DNA from: Candidatus Versatilivorator sp. | Lineage (GTDB): Bacteria; Acidobacteriota; Terriglobia; Versatilivoradales; Versatilivoraceae | Length of the DNA stretch: 64,000 nt | Reading direction: 5' to 3' | Assembly (NCBI GenBank): GCA_965207735.1 | Contig: OZ242296.1 | Coordinates: 3,424,001 to 3,488,000, forward strand | Shown here: piece by piece, positions 9,650 through 20,075 of the stretch | Layout of the letters: each line of letters opens with the position of its first letter | How positions within the stretch are numbered: position 1 is the first letter of the stretch | Notes under the pieces: model-generated | Seen by the model: the letters and a program-made list of their open reading frames with translations, nothing else | Databases searched by the model: none | Told to the model about the DNA's origin: nothing | Position numbers and translations under genes: made by a program

Positions 9650-10903
9650 CTAGTGGCTCTTGCGCAACTCCTGCGCCAGCATCTTGATCTCGGTCAAATC
9701 CTGCAGCATCTCACTCCAACCATACCAAAGCGCGTAATCGGGATTGTTGTGAAACACACCCTGAAAGGCTCGCATCCGGTGTTCCAGGTGCATCTTGAAG
9801 AGTCGCTGTTCGATCACCGAGGGCGCGTCGTGGAAAGCCAGCAAATCCGGGAAGTTGTAGGCGTAGTGCTCCGGCTTGCGCAACACCCCGTCACGATAGA
9901 GTGCGCCGACAATGCGAATTGCCTCGGCCAACAACCGGTCCGCCTCCCGAATCATTTCGTCGCCCTTCTTGAGCTCCGCTCGCACAAGATTGGCCGAATG
10001 GCATTGCTCGCAAACCTCGATCATGCGGTCACGCTCTGCCTGCCACTCTTCCTGGGTCAGGCGGGCGACGTCCGCTTGCTTGACGGCATCGAGACGCGCG
10101 GTTGGATTCCCCTGAGGGTCCAGGACCCCAAGCGCCTGAAGAATGGTGGTTTGATCCGCCGCCCACTGCGGGTCTTCCGGCAAGGGCAATCGCACGGCCA
10201 GGAATCCCCAGGCGGTCCGAACACCGTGGTCCCCCTGCGGCATGTGACACGTTTGGCAGGTGGGGGCCGCAGCCTCCTCCGGTAGCGTTCCGTTCTGCTT
10301 GAGGAGGTGCCGAACTCCATGCTTGGATGAGGAGTACATTTCCCATTGTGGATGATCCATGCCCATGTGGCAGGTCCGGCATGCCTGCGGTTCCCGAGCT
10401 TCCTTGACGGAAAACAGGTGACGGGTGTGGCAGGCATCGCACGAGGCGAGCCCGAACATCACACCATCCGCCCTCAACTCCCGGATCTCCTCTTCACTCT
10501 TCAGCCCCAGACGATGGCACCCGCCGCAGCCTTTCATGCCTTCGGTCATGGCCATCGGAAGCCAATGCGTCGTCGGCATGGCGTTCATGCTGACCCAGGC
10601 CAGAGCGTGCTTGCCGCCTGCGAACTGCTTCGTCTGGATCGGATGGCATGTGCCACAGACTTCCGGTGTGGCCGTCTTGACCAATGCCACATCGTCCGCC
10701 GTGCGATGCCGGTTTCCATGACAAAGGGAGCAATCCACCCCTTCCGTGCTGTGCCGGCTCAGTTCCCAATCCGTGACGATGTTGGGCGTCGCGTCACGGT
10801 GGCACTCGACACAATCCGACGACGCGCGAGGTGTATCTTTCCCGCTGCCACAGGCTGTCAGAGCCATAACGACCAACAGCAGGCATCCGTGTTTCCAACG
10901 CAT
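9650..10903 (-). CDS. Octaheme hydroxylamine oxidoreductase-like cytochrome c lipoprotein
   Basis: Lipobox LTAC; eight CxxCH; HAO-family motifs CHTRHLFS, CHMGMDHPQWEMYSSSKHG, APTCQTCHM. Confidence 0.85.
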   Translation of the reverse strand: MRWKHGCLLLVVMALTACGSGKDTPRASSDCVECHRDATPNIVTDWELSRHSTEGVDCSLCHGNRHRTADDVALVKTATPEVCGTCHPIQTKQFAGGKHALAWVSMNAMPTTHWLPMAMTEGMKGCGGCHRLGLKSEEEIRELRADGVMFGLASCDACHTRHLFSVKEAREPQACRTCHMGMDHPQWEMYSSSKHGVRHLLKQNGTLPEEAAAPTCQTCHMPQGDHGVRTAWGFLAVRLPLPEDPQWAADQTTILQALGVLDPQGNPTARLDAVKQADVARLTQEEWQAERDRMIEVCEQCHSANLVRAELKKGDEMIREADRLLAEAIRIVGALYRDGVLRKPEHYAYNFPDLLAFHDAPSVIEQRLFKMHLEHRMRAFQGVFHNNPDYALWYGWSEMLQDLTEIKMLAQELRKSH

Positions 10904-11279
10904 TGGTCTGTTTCCTCCTGGTTGCAACAGGATCACAGTTGCCGCCGGCCGGTGTTTCTCCGGAATCGCGATTCTCGCCCTCGACCGGCGATCCGATCTG
11001 CTTCTTTCTATAATATGCCACGCGCCATTGCGCAACTTGACCCGGAACTGGCCCGGGGCGGCAAGCCGTCGCTCCAACCGGAACCCCTCGTCGGAACCCG
11101 GTTCGAATATCAGAATAGAAACGGAAAGGTGGAACAGCGCAAGTCCTTAAATACAGGTCATAAACCACCAGCCCCCGGGCGGTTCAGCGCTCGGGGTGTG
11201 GCGTTCACTGACAGGTTGCCGGACTTGGCGGATGGCCATTGGTCTCACTGGGATCTTCAGGCAAAACCAACCTCAATGT

Positions 11280-12245
11280 TTACTGCCTCACGTATTTGCG
11301 CAGCACCTTGGAGCCGGGCGGGGCTTGGCGTTTGGTGTAGGAAAAGGTGACCTGGCCGACGTAGATGTCTCCGTGGGAATCCACCGCCACCGAATGGGGA
11401 GAGAAAAAGCGTCCCGTGCCGTAGGGATCCTCCTCGCACCACTCGGCCAGGATGGCACCGTCCGCGGCCCTGACGGTCATACGGGCGGCGGGCTTGTCCA
11501 GGCGGGCCTCGCGGCCATACATGAAGATGCCGCCGATTTCGGCCACGCAGAAGTTATGTTCCCGATCCTGGCACAAATCGTTGGGCCACCACACTTCGGT
11601 CCACTGGTCCAGGTATTCCCCATCGGGCGAGAAGATCTGGATGCGCGAGTTCTGGCGGTCGGCCACGTAGACCTTCCCTTCCGGATCCACGTAGACGCCA
11701 TGAGGCTGGTTGAATTGGGAGGGGCCGTCTCCAGGGTCTCCCCAGGAGAGCAGCAACTGACCGTCCGGGCTGAACTTGTGCACCCGGGCATTGCCGTATC
11801 CGTCTGAGACGAACAAATTTCCGTCGGGAGCCAGGGCCACGTCGGTGGGGGTGTTGAAGGGCGGGCCGGAACGCAGGATGGACTGGTGGTCGGTGCCGTT
11901 GTAACCGGTGTCGGCCACGCCGTCGGAGGGAGCCAGGGTCATCAGCAGCTCTCCCTCCGGCGTAAACTTGTGAACCCGGTGCCCGTTGTCGTCCACGCAG
12001 TAAACGGAGTCATCGGGGCCGATGAAGATCATGTGGGGCCTCACGAAGCGCCCCTTCCCCCAGGAGTCCAGATAGCTGCCGTCCCGGCCGAAGATCACCA
12101 CCGGATTTTCGGCGCGGCAGAACGCGTAGACCCGGTCCCGCGAGTCCACCGCGATCCCCGGGACTTCTCCCAGGTCCCACCCCGCGGGCAGCTTGGCCCA
12201 ACCCTCCGCCTCTTCATATGTCAACTGACCGGATCCAAGTTTCAC
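11280..12245 (-). CDS. NHL-repeat peptidyl-alpha-hydroxyglycine alpha-amidating lyase family protein
   Basis: NHL repeats; VSDGYGNARVHKF, VADRQNSRIQIF. Confidence 0.85.
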   Translation of the reverse strand: MKLGSGQLTYEEAEGWAKLPAGWDLGEVPGIAVDSRDRVYAFCRAENPVVIFGRDGSYLDSWGKGRFVRPHMIFIGPDDSVYCVDDNGHRVHKFTPEGELLMTLAPSDGVADTGYNGTDHQSILRSGPPFNTPTDVALAPDGNLFVSDGYGNARVHKFSPDGQLLLSWGDPGDGPSQFNQPHGVYVDPEGKVYVADRQNSRIQIFSPDGEYLDQWTEVWWPNDLCQDREHNFCVAEIGGIFMYGREARLDKPAARMTVRAADGAILAEWCEEDPYGTGRFFSPHSVAVDSHGDIYVGQVTFSYTKRQAPPGSKVLRKYVRQ

Positions 12246-12513
12246 TGGTTTCGTTCCTCCCTGGTTGATGTTGGCCCGCGAGTAACACCTTTACTTACAG
12301 CCTTCACCGGTGAGTAGTCCGGGCCGGAAAGCCCAATACTAGGAGGTTGGCACAGGAGAGTCAACGACGGAGGACCAATGTTTGACACCCGGCGGCGCCA
12401 TCCCCTAAACTCGCCCGCAGCCAGCCCACACTCCATTCGAGGCGCCATTCCGATGTCCGTCGAAGCCTTCGACGGGCGGCAGAGCCTCCCTGGCGGGCCC
12501 ATCGAGGAGGGAC

Positions 12514-13584
12514 GTGATGATCGCCGCCGTTCTCAGACAACTGGGGCGCGCTCTGGAGATCGAGGAGAAGCCCCGGCCCGCATTCGGAGCCGAAGAAGCC
12601 CTGATCCAGGTAATGGCCTGCGGCACCGACGGCACCGACCTGAAGATTGTGGACGGATTCGGCTACAGCCCCGAACTCCCCGCCATCCTGGGCCACGAGG
12701 TGGCCGGCGTGGTCTCCGAGGTGGGAGATCGGGTAAACCAGGTAAAGCCGGGCGACCGGGTGGTGGTCTACAACTTCTCCACCTGCGGCCGCTGCCGCAT
12801 GTGCCGGACCCACCGCGAACAACTCTGTCCCCACATGACGGGGGTCCTGGGAGCCAAGGACCGGGGCGGCCACGCCGAATTCCTGGCCATTCCGGCCCGA
12901 CAACTGGTCCCGCTGCCCGACAACATCCCCTGGCCGGAAGCGGCCGTGCTGGCCGATGCCCGCATCACCGCCCTGCACGCCGTGGACCGGGCCGGAGTGG
13001 GGTTGAATGACCGCATCGTCATCTTCGGAGCCGGGGGTGTGGGCCTCTCGGCCATTCAGATCTCCAAACTGGCCGGCGCCAGCGTCCTGGCCGTGGACCG
13101 GGTCGCGGAAAAGACCGATTTCGCCCTCCGGATGGGAGCCGACTTGGCCATCGACTCCACCCGTGGGGACGTCCAGCAGGCCGTCCGGGAATTTACCCGG
13201 GGGGAGGGAGCCGACGGTGTGATCGACTGCGTCGGGGTGGAGCAGACCCTGGCGGCCGGGGTGGACAGCCTTCGCCCCGGGGGACGCCTCACCGTGGTGG
13301 GCTACACGCCCGAGACCTACGGGCTGAACGGAAAACGGCTGGCGCAGAATGAACTGGAGATCGTCGGCACCCGTTGCGGCCGCCTGCAGGACCTGATAGG
13401 CGCGGTGCAACTGACGGCGGAGAACAAGTTGAAACCCCTGGTCACCCACCCCTATCCGCTGGAGGAAATCAACCGGGCCATGGCGGACCTGAGGGCTGGC
13501 AAGGTGCTGGGCCGAGCCGTCCTGCTGACGCCGGCCGGACGGGAAGCCATGGGACACCCGGCAACCTCGTCCGGGGATTCCTGA
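12514..13584 (+). CDS. Zn-dependent (MDR) alcohol dehydrogenase
   Basis: GHEVAG, CGRCRMC...C structural Zn site, GAGGVG. Confidence 0.9.
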   Translation: MMIAAVLRQLGRALEIEEKPRPAFGAEEALIQVMACGTDGTDLKIVDGFGYSPELPAILGHEVAGVVSEVGDRVNQVKPGDRVVVYNFSTCGRCRMCRTHREQLCPHMTGVLGAKDRGGHAEFLAIPARQLVPLPDNIPWPEAAVLADARITALHAVDRAGVGLNDRIVIFGAGGVGLSAIQISKLAGASVLAVDRVAEKTDFALRMGADLAIDSTRGDVQQAVREFTRGEGADGVIDCVGVEQTLAAGVDSLRPGGRLTVVGYTPETYGLNGKRLAQNELEIVGTRCGRLQDLIGAVQLTAENKLKPLVTHPYPLEEINRAMADLRAGKVLGRAVLLTPAGREAMGHPATSSGDS

Positions 13585-13616
13585 GCGCCGTCCGAGACTC
13601 TACCCTCCATCCCTCC

Positions 13617-14981
13617 TTACCCAACCAGGTGCCCAAGCAGCGTATAGGCAGCCACGCAGAGCGTGAGCCCCCCGGACAGCCACAGCAGCCCGTCGATCCA
13701 GGGTGAGGGACCGATCCCGCGATCCAGCCGGCGGTAGCGCAGGTAAAGAATGGAGCAGGCAATGACGGGCAACATGCCGGTCTGCACCACTCCTCCCACA
13801 ACGATGAGCTGTACCGGCTGTTCCGGAAAGGCCAGGAAGATGGTGGCATAGACCACCGCCCAGAAGACCTGCATGCCTCTTCGCCAGCGGCTCCGCTGCA
13901 GCGGACGGTCTCCCGAGACGAAGCCGAAGACGGTAAGGCAGTCCAGCCCCATGATGGCGTTGGCCGCCACCGAGGCGAACAGGGTGGAGTAGAGAGTAAT
14001 CAAGGCTCCGGTAAGAAAAACCAAGTAGCCCCAGGGACCGAAAATTCCGGTAAAGGTCCCGGAAAGGGTATCGATCATCTGGCCGCCTTCCGGCACCAGC
14101 CCCTGGCGGTGAAGGACGGCGGCGCCCAGGAAGTAAAAGGCAACCGTGATGACGGTGTAGACGCTCATGGCCATCAAGGCATCCAGTTGCATCACCCGGA
14201 TCCAGCCCCTCGCCCGCGCGTACCAGTCCGGCTGGCTGCTGCGGGGTCCGATATGGCGAGCGTATCCCTTTTCCAGGCACCAGTTGGGGTAGGCAAAGAG
14301 ATCGGACGTCCCCACCCCGGTCAGCCCGAAAAGGGCAAATGCCAAGGCCAGCCCCCCTTGCGCCGGCAATTGAAAGGTCAGCCCCTCCCAGACATTTTCC
14401 GGAGACACGGCGTGGCCCGACCATTGCAGGGCCCCTGCCGCCACCACGGTGGTCAGGCTGAAAGCCAACACCATCAGCATGGAACCGCGCTCCACCACGC
14501 CGTAGCCGCCGCTGAGCAGGATTCCCAATGTCACCAGGCAGGCAATGACTCCCCAGGCGGTGACACTCACCTGCGGAAGCAGCAGATGGAGGCACTGAGC
14601 TACCCCAGCGACGATTCCCCCCACCAGGCTGGAGGAAATCAAGGTGCTGCAGAGCCAGCCCCAGACCACCCAGGAGGCTCGCCAGCGGGGACCCGGAATC
14701 CGGTCCACCGACATGAGCGACGAGTCCCCGGATGAGATGGCGTAGCGTCCGATCTCCACCTGCAGAACCACCTTGGAGACGCAGCTCAACAGGATCAGCC
14801 ACAGCGCCGCAAAGCCCAGTCTGGCTCCCAGCGTGGTGGTGACGATCAGCTCGCCCGAGCCCACGATCCCGGCGGTCAGGATGAGAGAAGGACCGACTTG
14901 GCGAAGACGACCCAGGAAGTCGCTGGGAGGGGGCAGGGTCACGGCAGGCCCGCTGTCGGCGGATCGGTGGGTTATTGCCAT
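13617..14981 (-). CDS. Nramp/APC-family transporter (MntH-like)
   Basis: GPSLILTAGIVGSGELI motif; about 11 TM segments. Confidence 0.8.
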   Translation of the reverse strand: MAITHRSADSGPAVTLPPPSDFLGRLRQVGPSLILTAGIVGSGELIVTTTLGARLGFAALWLILLSCVSKVVLQVEIGRYAISSGDSSLMSVDRIPGPRWRASWVVWGWLCSTLISSSLVGGIVAGVAQCLHLLLPQVSVTAWGVIACLVTLGILLSGGYGVVERGSMLMVLAFSLTTVVAAGALQWSGHAVSPENVWEGLTFQLPAQGGLALAFALFGLTGVGTSDLFAYPNWCLEKGYARHIGPRSSQPDWYARARGWIRVMQLDALMAMSVYTVITVAFYFLGAAVLHRQGLVPEGGQMIDTLSGTFTGIFGPWGYLVFLTGALITLYSTLFASVAANAIMGLDCLTVFGFVSGDRPLQRSRWRRGMQVFWAVVYATIFLAFPEQPVQLIVVGGVVQTGMLPVIACSILYLRYRRLDRGIGPSPWIDGLLWLSGGLTLCVAAYTLLGHLVG

Positions 14982-15252
14982 TTGTTATCGCCCCGGTCGG
15001 GCGGGCCAATTTTCCGTTACCGGCCGCCAGAGGTTTCTTGGCAATGGCGGCCGGTGCGGCGAATCTCTTGATTGCGATTTCCGGCAGGACTTGAATGTCC
15101 GTGGCGGCACTGATTCTCACAACGCGAAACCAATTACATTTCCCTCATAGCCTCAGCCACTTTATGGCCGCAAGTCTCTCGAATTTCTCTTGGGCTTTGC
15201 TATCGATCTGCAAAACCTCATCGGGTGCGACCTGGTGAGAAATGCTGTCCAA

Positions 15253-15329
15253 CCACAAAAAGCACAAAAGTCACAAAACGAATTTTTTTATCTCGTTCCG
15301 CTCTTTTTGTGCTTTTGTGCCTTTTGTGG
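15253..15329. repeat. Inverted-repeat element with 9-nt periodic arms (CACAAAA x3 / TTTTGTG x3)
   Basis: CCACAAAAAGCACAAAAGTCACAAAA ... TTTTGTGCTTTTGTGCCTTTTGTGG. Confidence 0.8.
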
Positions 15330-15505
15330 CCATTCCCCGCAACGATCCACCGGCCAACCTCAATTCCACAGTCCGCATCCATCTCCCGTGCTAAGATTCA
15401 ATCAGGGGAGGCGGCTTCCCCCTGATTTCTTCCTCGCCGGAGGAACGGTAGCAGCCGGCGGTCGGACGCCCCGGTCTCCAACCGGGAACCAGTGGAGGTA
15501 ACACG

Positions 15506-16537
15506 GTGAGAAAGACCCTTCAGCTTCCGCGTTTGGAGCCTTCTGAGGAGTCGGTATTCCTGAACCGCCGCAAGTTCGTGGAGACGGCCCTGCTGGCGGG
15601 TGCGGGCACCTGCCTGTTTCCTTCCTTGGGCTGTGCTCAACCGCCTCCACCTCCGGAAGGCGGCCCCCTGTCTGTTCCCTTCAAGCGGCCGGCGGTGTTC
15701 CCCGCCAAGCGCAACGCCGGTTTCGATCCCCCGAACCTCGAACTGACCGACCGCCTGGTGGCGGCGACCCATAACAATTTCTACGAGTTTCTTCCCAATC
15801 GCGGGGGGCCGGTCTGGATATATACCAGCAGGTTCGAAGTGGAGCCCTGGAAGGTGGAGGTGGGCGGTGAGTGTCACAAACCCCGCACCTTCGATCTGGA
15901 CGACCTGTTCGGATTCGAGCAGGAAGAGCGCGTCTACCGCTTCCGGTGCGTGGAGACCTGGGCCATGAACATCCCCTGGACGGGTTTCCCCCTAAGTAAA
16001 CTGCTCAAGGTCGTCGAGCCCACCGGCAAGGCCCAACACGTCCGCTTCATCACCGCCCAAAGACCCGACCAGATGCCGGGACTCAGTGAAAGGCACTACC
16101 CCTGGCCCTATTATGAGGGCCTGCGACTGGACGAGGCCATGAACGACCTGACCCTGGCGGTGACCGGAGTCTACGGGAAGCCTCTGCTCAAACAGCACGG
16201 ATCACCCGTGCGCATCATCGTGCCCTGGAAATACGGCTACAAGTCCCCCAAGTCCATCGTGAAGATCGAACTGGTCGCCAAGAATCCCGGATCCTTCTGG
16301 TCGGCCAAGCCTTACCAGCACGAATACGGCTACCTGAGCAACGTGAACCCCAATGTTCCCCATCCCCGATGGTCCCAGGAATGGGACTACATGCTGGTCG
16401 CCAATGCGTCACCGCGCCGGGGACCTCGCCGTCCCACTCTCATCTTCAACGGCTATGCCGACCAGGTGGGCCATCTCTATCCGGACGAACCCACCGAACC
16501 CCAGCGCCCCCTGAGACGCGGGCAGACTGCCCGCTGA
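15506..16537 (+). CDS. msrP: Protein-methionine-sulfoxide reductase catalytic subunit MsrP
   Basis: Tat motif NRRKFV; NNFYEF, ERVYRFRCVE, WKYGYKSPKSIVKI, NVNPNVPHPRWSQ. Confidence 0.92.
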   Translation: MRKTLQLPRLEPSEESVFLNRRKFVETALLAGAGTCLFPSLGCAQPPPPPEGGPLSVPFKRPAVFPAKRNAGFDPPNLELTDRLVAATHNNFYEFLPNRGGPVWIYTSRFEVEPWKVEVGGECHKPRTFDLDDLFGFEQEERVYRFRCVETWAMNIPWTGFPLSKLLKVVEPTGKAQHVRFITAQRPDQMPGLSERHYPWPYYEGLRLDEAMNDLTLAVTGVYGKPLLKQHGSPVRIIVPWKYGYKSPKSIVKIELVAKNPGSFWSAKPYQHEYGYLSNVNPNVPHPRWSQEWDYMLVANASPRRGPRRPTLIFNGYADQVGHLYPDEPTEPQRPLRRGQTAR

Positions 16538-16584
16538 CAGGACGGCTCCCGCCACCTCGCGAAAAAGGCTCATAGGATAAAGAG

Positions 16585-18834
16585 TTACCGCCCCGTCGGA
16601 AGCGCAGGAGGTTCTTTGTCCGTGGTCTCGGCCTCCACGCCCATCTCCGCCAGGAGTCGGTGGGCGCCGTCCAGGTGCTGCATGATCCAGAGGGCGTAGC
16701 GGATGTCCACGTGAATGGACCGGGTGACGGCCGGAATGAAATCCCAGTCGGCCACGATGCTCTCCCAGTTGCCGTCAAACAGCAGCCCCACCAACTCCCC
16801 GCGTCCATTCAAGGTGGGGGAACCCGAGTTGCCTCCGGTCGAGTCCAGGGTGCTCAAGAAATTCACAGGCACCGAATCCAGCGCTTTCACGTAGTAGCTG
16901 CCGAATTCCCGGCCGCCAATCAGCTTGAGCTGTCCGACAGGGGCATTGAAGGGTTCTTGCCCCGTGTCTTTCTCCAGGATGCCTCGCAGGGTGGTGAAGG
17001 GAAGGTAGCGGATTCCATCCTTGGCCGAGTACCCCTTGACCGTGCCGTAGGTAACCCTGAGGGTCGAGTTGGCGTCGGGATAGACGGACTTGCCCAGGCT
17101 CCGGTTATAGGCAATCAGGGCTTCCATGAAGCGCGGCCGCGCCTGGTCGAATCGACCCTGAAGCTCCTTGTCGCGCTCCTCCCGTTCCATGTCGCTGTCG
17201 TAGAGGCTGACGGCCATTCGGATGAAGGGGTCCTGGCTGGTCTCGAAGTCCCGGGGCGCTGCCTTCATCCATGAAATCCGGGTTTCGAGATCTCCCAGTC
17301 GAGTCTGTCCGTACATCTCGTCCAGGCGCCGATCCAGCTCCGCGTCCTGCAACCCGGTCGGTCGGATCCCGAACCAGTCGTCGAAGGCCTGGACGTGCTG
17401 CTCTGCCGGGAGCTTGGCGTAGTTCAGGACAAACTGGCGCCAGCAGGCACGGTCCACCTCCGGGTCGAAGGTCCGATCGATGCGCTTCAGCCTCTCTCGG
17501 ATGCGGACCAGGTCCCGTTCCTGGTATCCGGGCTCCCGCTGCCCGTCGGGTTTCTGATGCTCTCGGCTCAGGCGGTAGAGTCTGCGGGCGGCTCTCAGCA
17601 ACGCCGACCGGCCTCCGAGAAAATCGTAGTAAAGGGCCGCCTCCCGGCCGGACTGCGACTCGGCCACCAGTTTCCCCAAATCGGCGGCGGCGGTCTTCAA
17701 CCTGGACCGCGAGGCCGGACCGGCTTCGATCCAGGACTGCAGCTCCTGCTCCAAGGCCCTTTTTCGCTCCAGGATGTCACTCTTGGCGAAGCCCTCCAGC
17801 ATCCCCCGGTAATTCTTGATGACGTTGTTCAGGCTGGCCTGCAGCGACGCATACTTGAGGGCCTTTTCTTCCCGGCCGGCCACCGCCCGGTCGATGATGT
17901 CGTGCCACTGCCGGAAGGCCCGAATGCGCCGGGGATAGTCCCACTGGATGACCCCTTCCACCTCGCGGGCCAGGCGGTACCGGTTGGTGCGCCCCGGATA
18001 GCCCGCCACCAGGACCAGGTCGCCGGTATCGACGCCCCGGGTGGAGACTCTCAGGTAATGGCGGGGCCGATAGGGAACGTTCTCTTCGGAATAGTCCGCC
18101 GGCTTTCCATCCGGGCGCACGTAGGCGCGAAAGAAGGCATAGTCTCCGGTGTGGCGGGGCCACATCCAGTTGTCGATATCGCCCCCGTACTTGCCGATTG
18201 AAAGTGCAGGGGCATAGACCAGGCGAACGTCCCGGATTTCCAACTGCTTGATCAACTCATACTCCAGCCCGCCGGAGTAGGCGACCACCCGGCATCGATG
18301 GCCCGGGTCCTGCTCGCACTCGGCAACCAGGGCCTTCTGCCGGTCTTCGATGGCCTGATACCGTTCCCGCCCGCCGGCTCTCTGGGGAACCGCCGCCAAA
18401 ACCGACCGGGTGACATCCTCCACCGAAACCGTGACCAGGACGCGGCTGCCCGGAGCCGCCGCGAGCTCTTGGGACCGGCCGGCAGCCAGAAAGCCCTCCT
18501 CCAGCAGGTTCCGTTCTTCGCTGGAGTTGTGCTGGATGGAGCCGTAAGCACAGTGGTGGTTGGTGATCACCAAGCCCTGGGGCGAAACGAAAGAGGCGGT
18601 ACAGCCGCCCAGCCAGATCACGGCGTTCATGGGATGGCCGGTCAGGTCCGACAGCACCGCGGCGTCCACCTCGGAATTCAAAGCTCTCAGCTTGTCTGAC
18701 AGAGAGGGGAGCTGCCCAGGCCTCCACATGCCTTCCTCTGCCAGGACGATGGAGGGAAATAGCAAGACGGCAAGCAGAACGGGCAGCGCCCAACGCAAGA
18801 GGGATCTGAATCGGCTTACCGGTGTTTCAGTCAT
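16585..18834 (-). CDS. S46 family dipeptidyl peptidase
   Basis: EEGMW, GCTASFVSPQGLVITNHHC, NWMWPRHTGD, DSTGGNSGSP. Confidence 0.93.
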   Translation of the reverse strand: MTETPVSRFRSLLRWALPVLLAVLLFPSIVLAEEGMWRPGQLPSLSDKLRALNSEVDAAVLSDLTGHPMNAVIWLGGCTASFVSPQGLVITNHHCAYGSIQHNSSEERNLLEEGFLAAGRSQELAAAPGSRVLVTVSVEDVTRSVLAAVPQRAGGRERYQAIEDRQKALVAECEQDPGHRCRVVAYSGGLEYELIKQLEIRDVRLVYAPALSIGKYGGDIDNWMWPRHTGDYAFFRAYVRPDGKPADYSEENVPYRPRHYLRVSTRGVDTGDLVLVAGYPGRTNRYRLAREVEGVIQWDYPRRIRAFRQWHDIIDRAVAGREEKALKYASLQASLNNVIKNYRGMLEGFAKSDILERKRALEQELQSWIEAGPASRSRLKTAAADLGKLVAESQSGREAALYYDFLGGRSALLRAARRLYRLSREHQKPDGQREPGYQERDLVRIRERLKRIDRTFDPEVDRACWRQFVLNYAKLPAEQHVQAFDDWFGIRPTGLQDAELDRRLDEMYGQTRLGDLETRISWMKAAPRDFETSQDPFIRMAVSLYDSDMEREERDKELQGRFDQARPRFMEALIAYNRSLGKSVYPDANSTLRVTYGTVKGYSAKDGIRYLPFTTLRGILEKDTGQEPFNAPVGQLKLIGGREFGSYYVKALDSVPVNFLSTLDSTGGNSGSPTLNGRGELVGLLFDGNWESIVADWDFIPAVTRSIHVDIRYALWIMQHLDGAHRLLAEMGVEAETTDKEPPALPTGR

Positions 18835-18902
18835 GACGGCGATGTCTCAACGTTCTGGCCGGCACTTAAGGAGTATAGGCCGTGGGTAGGGGGAAGTGGT
18901 GG

Positions 18903-19922
18903 TCACGACACCCGGCGCACCATGTGCCGCGCCTGGGTGGGGAGGTCCATCTCCGGACTGGGCCCGTGGCGGCGCATCAGTTCCCAGGCACGGTCGGCCA
19001 CGGACTGCGCGATGTCCATCTGATCCAGGCAAGTCCGGGCTTCATCCAGGAATTTGTGGCATTCGAAGAGGCGGTGGCCGGATTGCCAGACGGTGGGGTC
19101 GCCCCGGCGCTGGTAGCGAAAGTCGGCCGAAACCCGCAATTGAGGCGACCGGTTGGGAAGTCCGCAGTGGATCATGTGGGGGTGAAAAATCAGCACGTCG
19201 CCGGCCCGGTAGTCGGACCGCAGCCAGGTCTTGGGCGAGTCGTCGGGAGCCGCCTCGCCGGCCACCGGGACGGCTCCCATTCGAGCCATCTCCCGGGCCT
19301 GGTCGGGGTTCTGCGGGATCCCCAGGTAATTGGAGCCCCGGTACCAGTGCCGGTGCATGCCCTCTCGATGGGAACGCTTGCGGATGGCCAGTCCGCCGGT
19401 GGCCAGGTCGATGTCCATCAAGGCCACCCAGCAGGTCACGAACGCCACCCGAAAATGGTAGCCGTCCTGGTGGGCCGGAGTGACGTAGTCGAAGTGCTGC
19501 CCCCTGGTCTTGGCGGACGTGAGATCCTGGAAAATGATTCGCACGCGGTCGGCGTTCTCCACCCAACTGAAGACCTCGCCGCCAAACAGGACCTCCAGGA
19601 ACCTGAAGAGTCCCCGGTCTTGGATCACCTCGGTCAGCGAAGACAGGTCGCCGATCATGCGGCCGATGGAACCGCTGGGTGTCAGCTCATTGGATTCCGG
19701 CATCCTGCCCGACCACTTTAGCTCCAGTCGCGGATCGTCGACGGCGAAGCCGTGCCGGATGAGCAGTTGGCGAATATCCGATCGCGCCCGCCCGAGGTTG
19801 TCCCGATCGATCAGTCCCCGAACGAACAGGTATCCCTCCGCCTGCAGGCGTTGGGACAAGGCGGCGTGGTCTCTTGTCGAGGCCTCGACCGCTTCGAGAG
19901 GAGTCAAGGAGAGATCGACCAT
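18903..19922 (-). CDS. Phytanoyl-CoA dioxygenase (PhyH) family protein
   Basis: PAHQD, TCWVAL, GDVLIFH..MIH, RVSADFRY. Confidence 0.85.
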   Translation of the reverse strand: MVDLSLTPLEAVEASTRDHAALSQRLQAEGYLFVRGLIDRDNLGRARSDIRQLLIRHGFAVDDPRLELKWSGRMPESNELTPSGSIGRMIGDLSSLTEVIQDRGLFRFLEVLFGGEVFSWVENADRVRIIFQDLTSAKTRGQHFDYVTPAHQDGYHFRVAFVTCWVALMDIDLATGGLAIRKRSHREGMHRHWYRGSNYLGIPQNPDQAREMARMGAVPVAGEAAPDDSPKTWLRSDYRAGDVLIFHPHMIHCGLPNRSPQLRVSADFRYQRRGDPTVWQSGHRLFECHKFLDEARTCLDQMDIAQSVADRAWELMRRHGPSPEMDLPTQARHMVRRVS

Positions 19923-19990
19923 TGGGGTCCGTGACCTCGCGGCGGCCGGCCGTCAGATCATTGGAGTGCGGCGTCCATCGCCGATTCAAA

Positions 19991-20067
<77 letters not shown>

Positions 20068-20075
20068 TCATTGAA

